The notes under the pieces are model-generated. The model was given only the letters and a program-made list of their open reading frames with translations. It searched no databases and was not told the DNA's origin. From Haliotis cracherodii (taxonomy: Eukaryota): a DNA stretch of 64,000 nucleotides. Of the stretch, positions 63,834 through 64,000 are shown piece after piece. Position 1 is the stretch's first letter; each line of letters begins with the position of its first letter. The stretch lies in assembly GCF_022045235.1 (NCBI RefSeq), contig NW_027266275.1:59210001-59274000 (forward strand). Reading direction: 5' to 3'. Made by a program: the position numbers and the translations under genes.

Positions 63834-64000
63834 TATACATACATTTAGTCGCACAGGTTATACATATACACTGTCATTAAAACCGAACAAACACGAGTGG
63901 TCAACAGCTTGGTGCAGATGATGGAAAAATGTTCAATTACTAAGAAAAGCAAATCTTTAACTATTTAATACTTAGTACCTATATTAAAATATGAATTAAG

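Overview
Eukaryotic, AT-rich invertebrate DNA, most likely a gastropod mollusc (inferred from the SINE and TE repertoire, not proven). The backbone is a tandem array of four + strand, intron-rich genes for secreted astacin (M12A) metalloproteases with a C-terminal MAM domain. Copy A is divergent and its 5' end lies outside the window (exons to 11165). Copies B (14039-20308), C (46591-53170) and D (55183-61452) are near-identical, each with 11 exons and 422 aa. The C-D spacer is about 2 kb. The paralogous B-C spacer is about 26 kb because of stacked insertions: a Penelope-like element with a hammerhead-like motif, an unclassified asymmetric-repeat element, an RTE-X-like LINE, a two-gene PIF/Harbinger transposon, and an apparently intact, very young Ngaro-type tyrosine-recombinase retrotransposon (39799-46012). 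Also present: two Tc1 (DD34E) elements, an R4/Dong-like relic, MITEs, two SINE families and minisatellites. Most notable: (i) Ngaro gag and pol are in frame and separated only by TGA-CTA, a classic readthrough context, with no AUG before the conserved RT motifs, and the LINE shows a parallel ORF1-TAG-ORF2 arrangement; (ii) a fold-back, att-like structure at the Ngaro end-to-start junction; (iii) amino-acid changes concentrated in one catalytic-domain exon, with mosaic ancestry among copies B, C and D.
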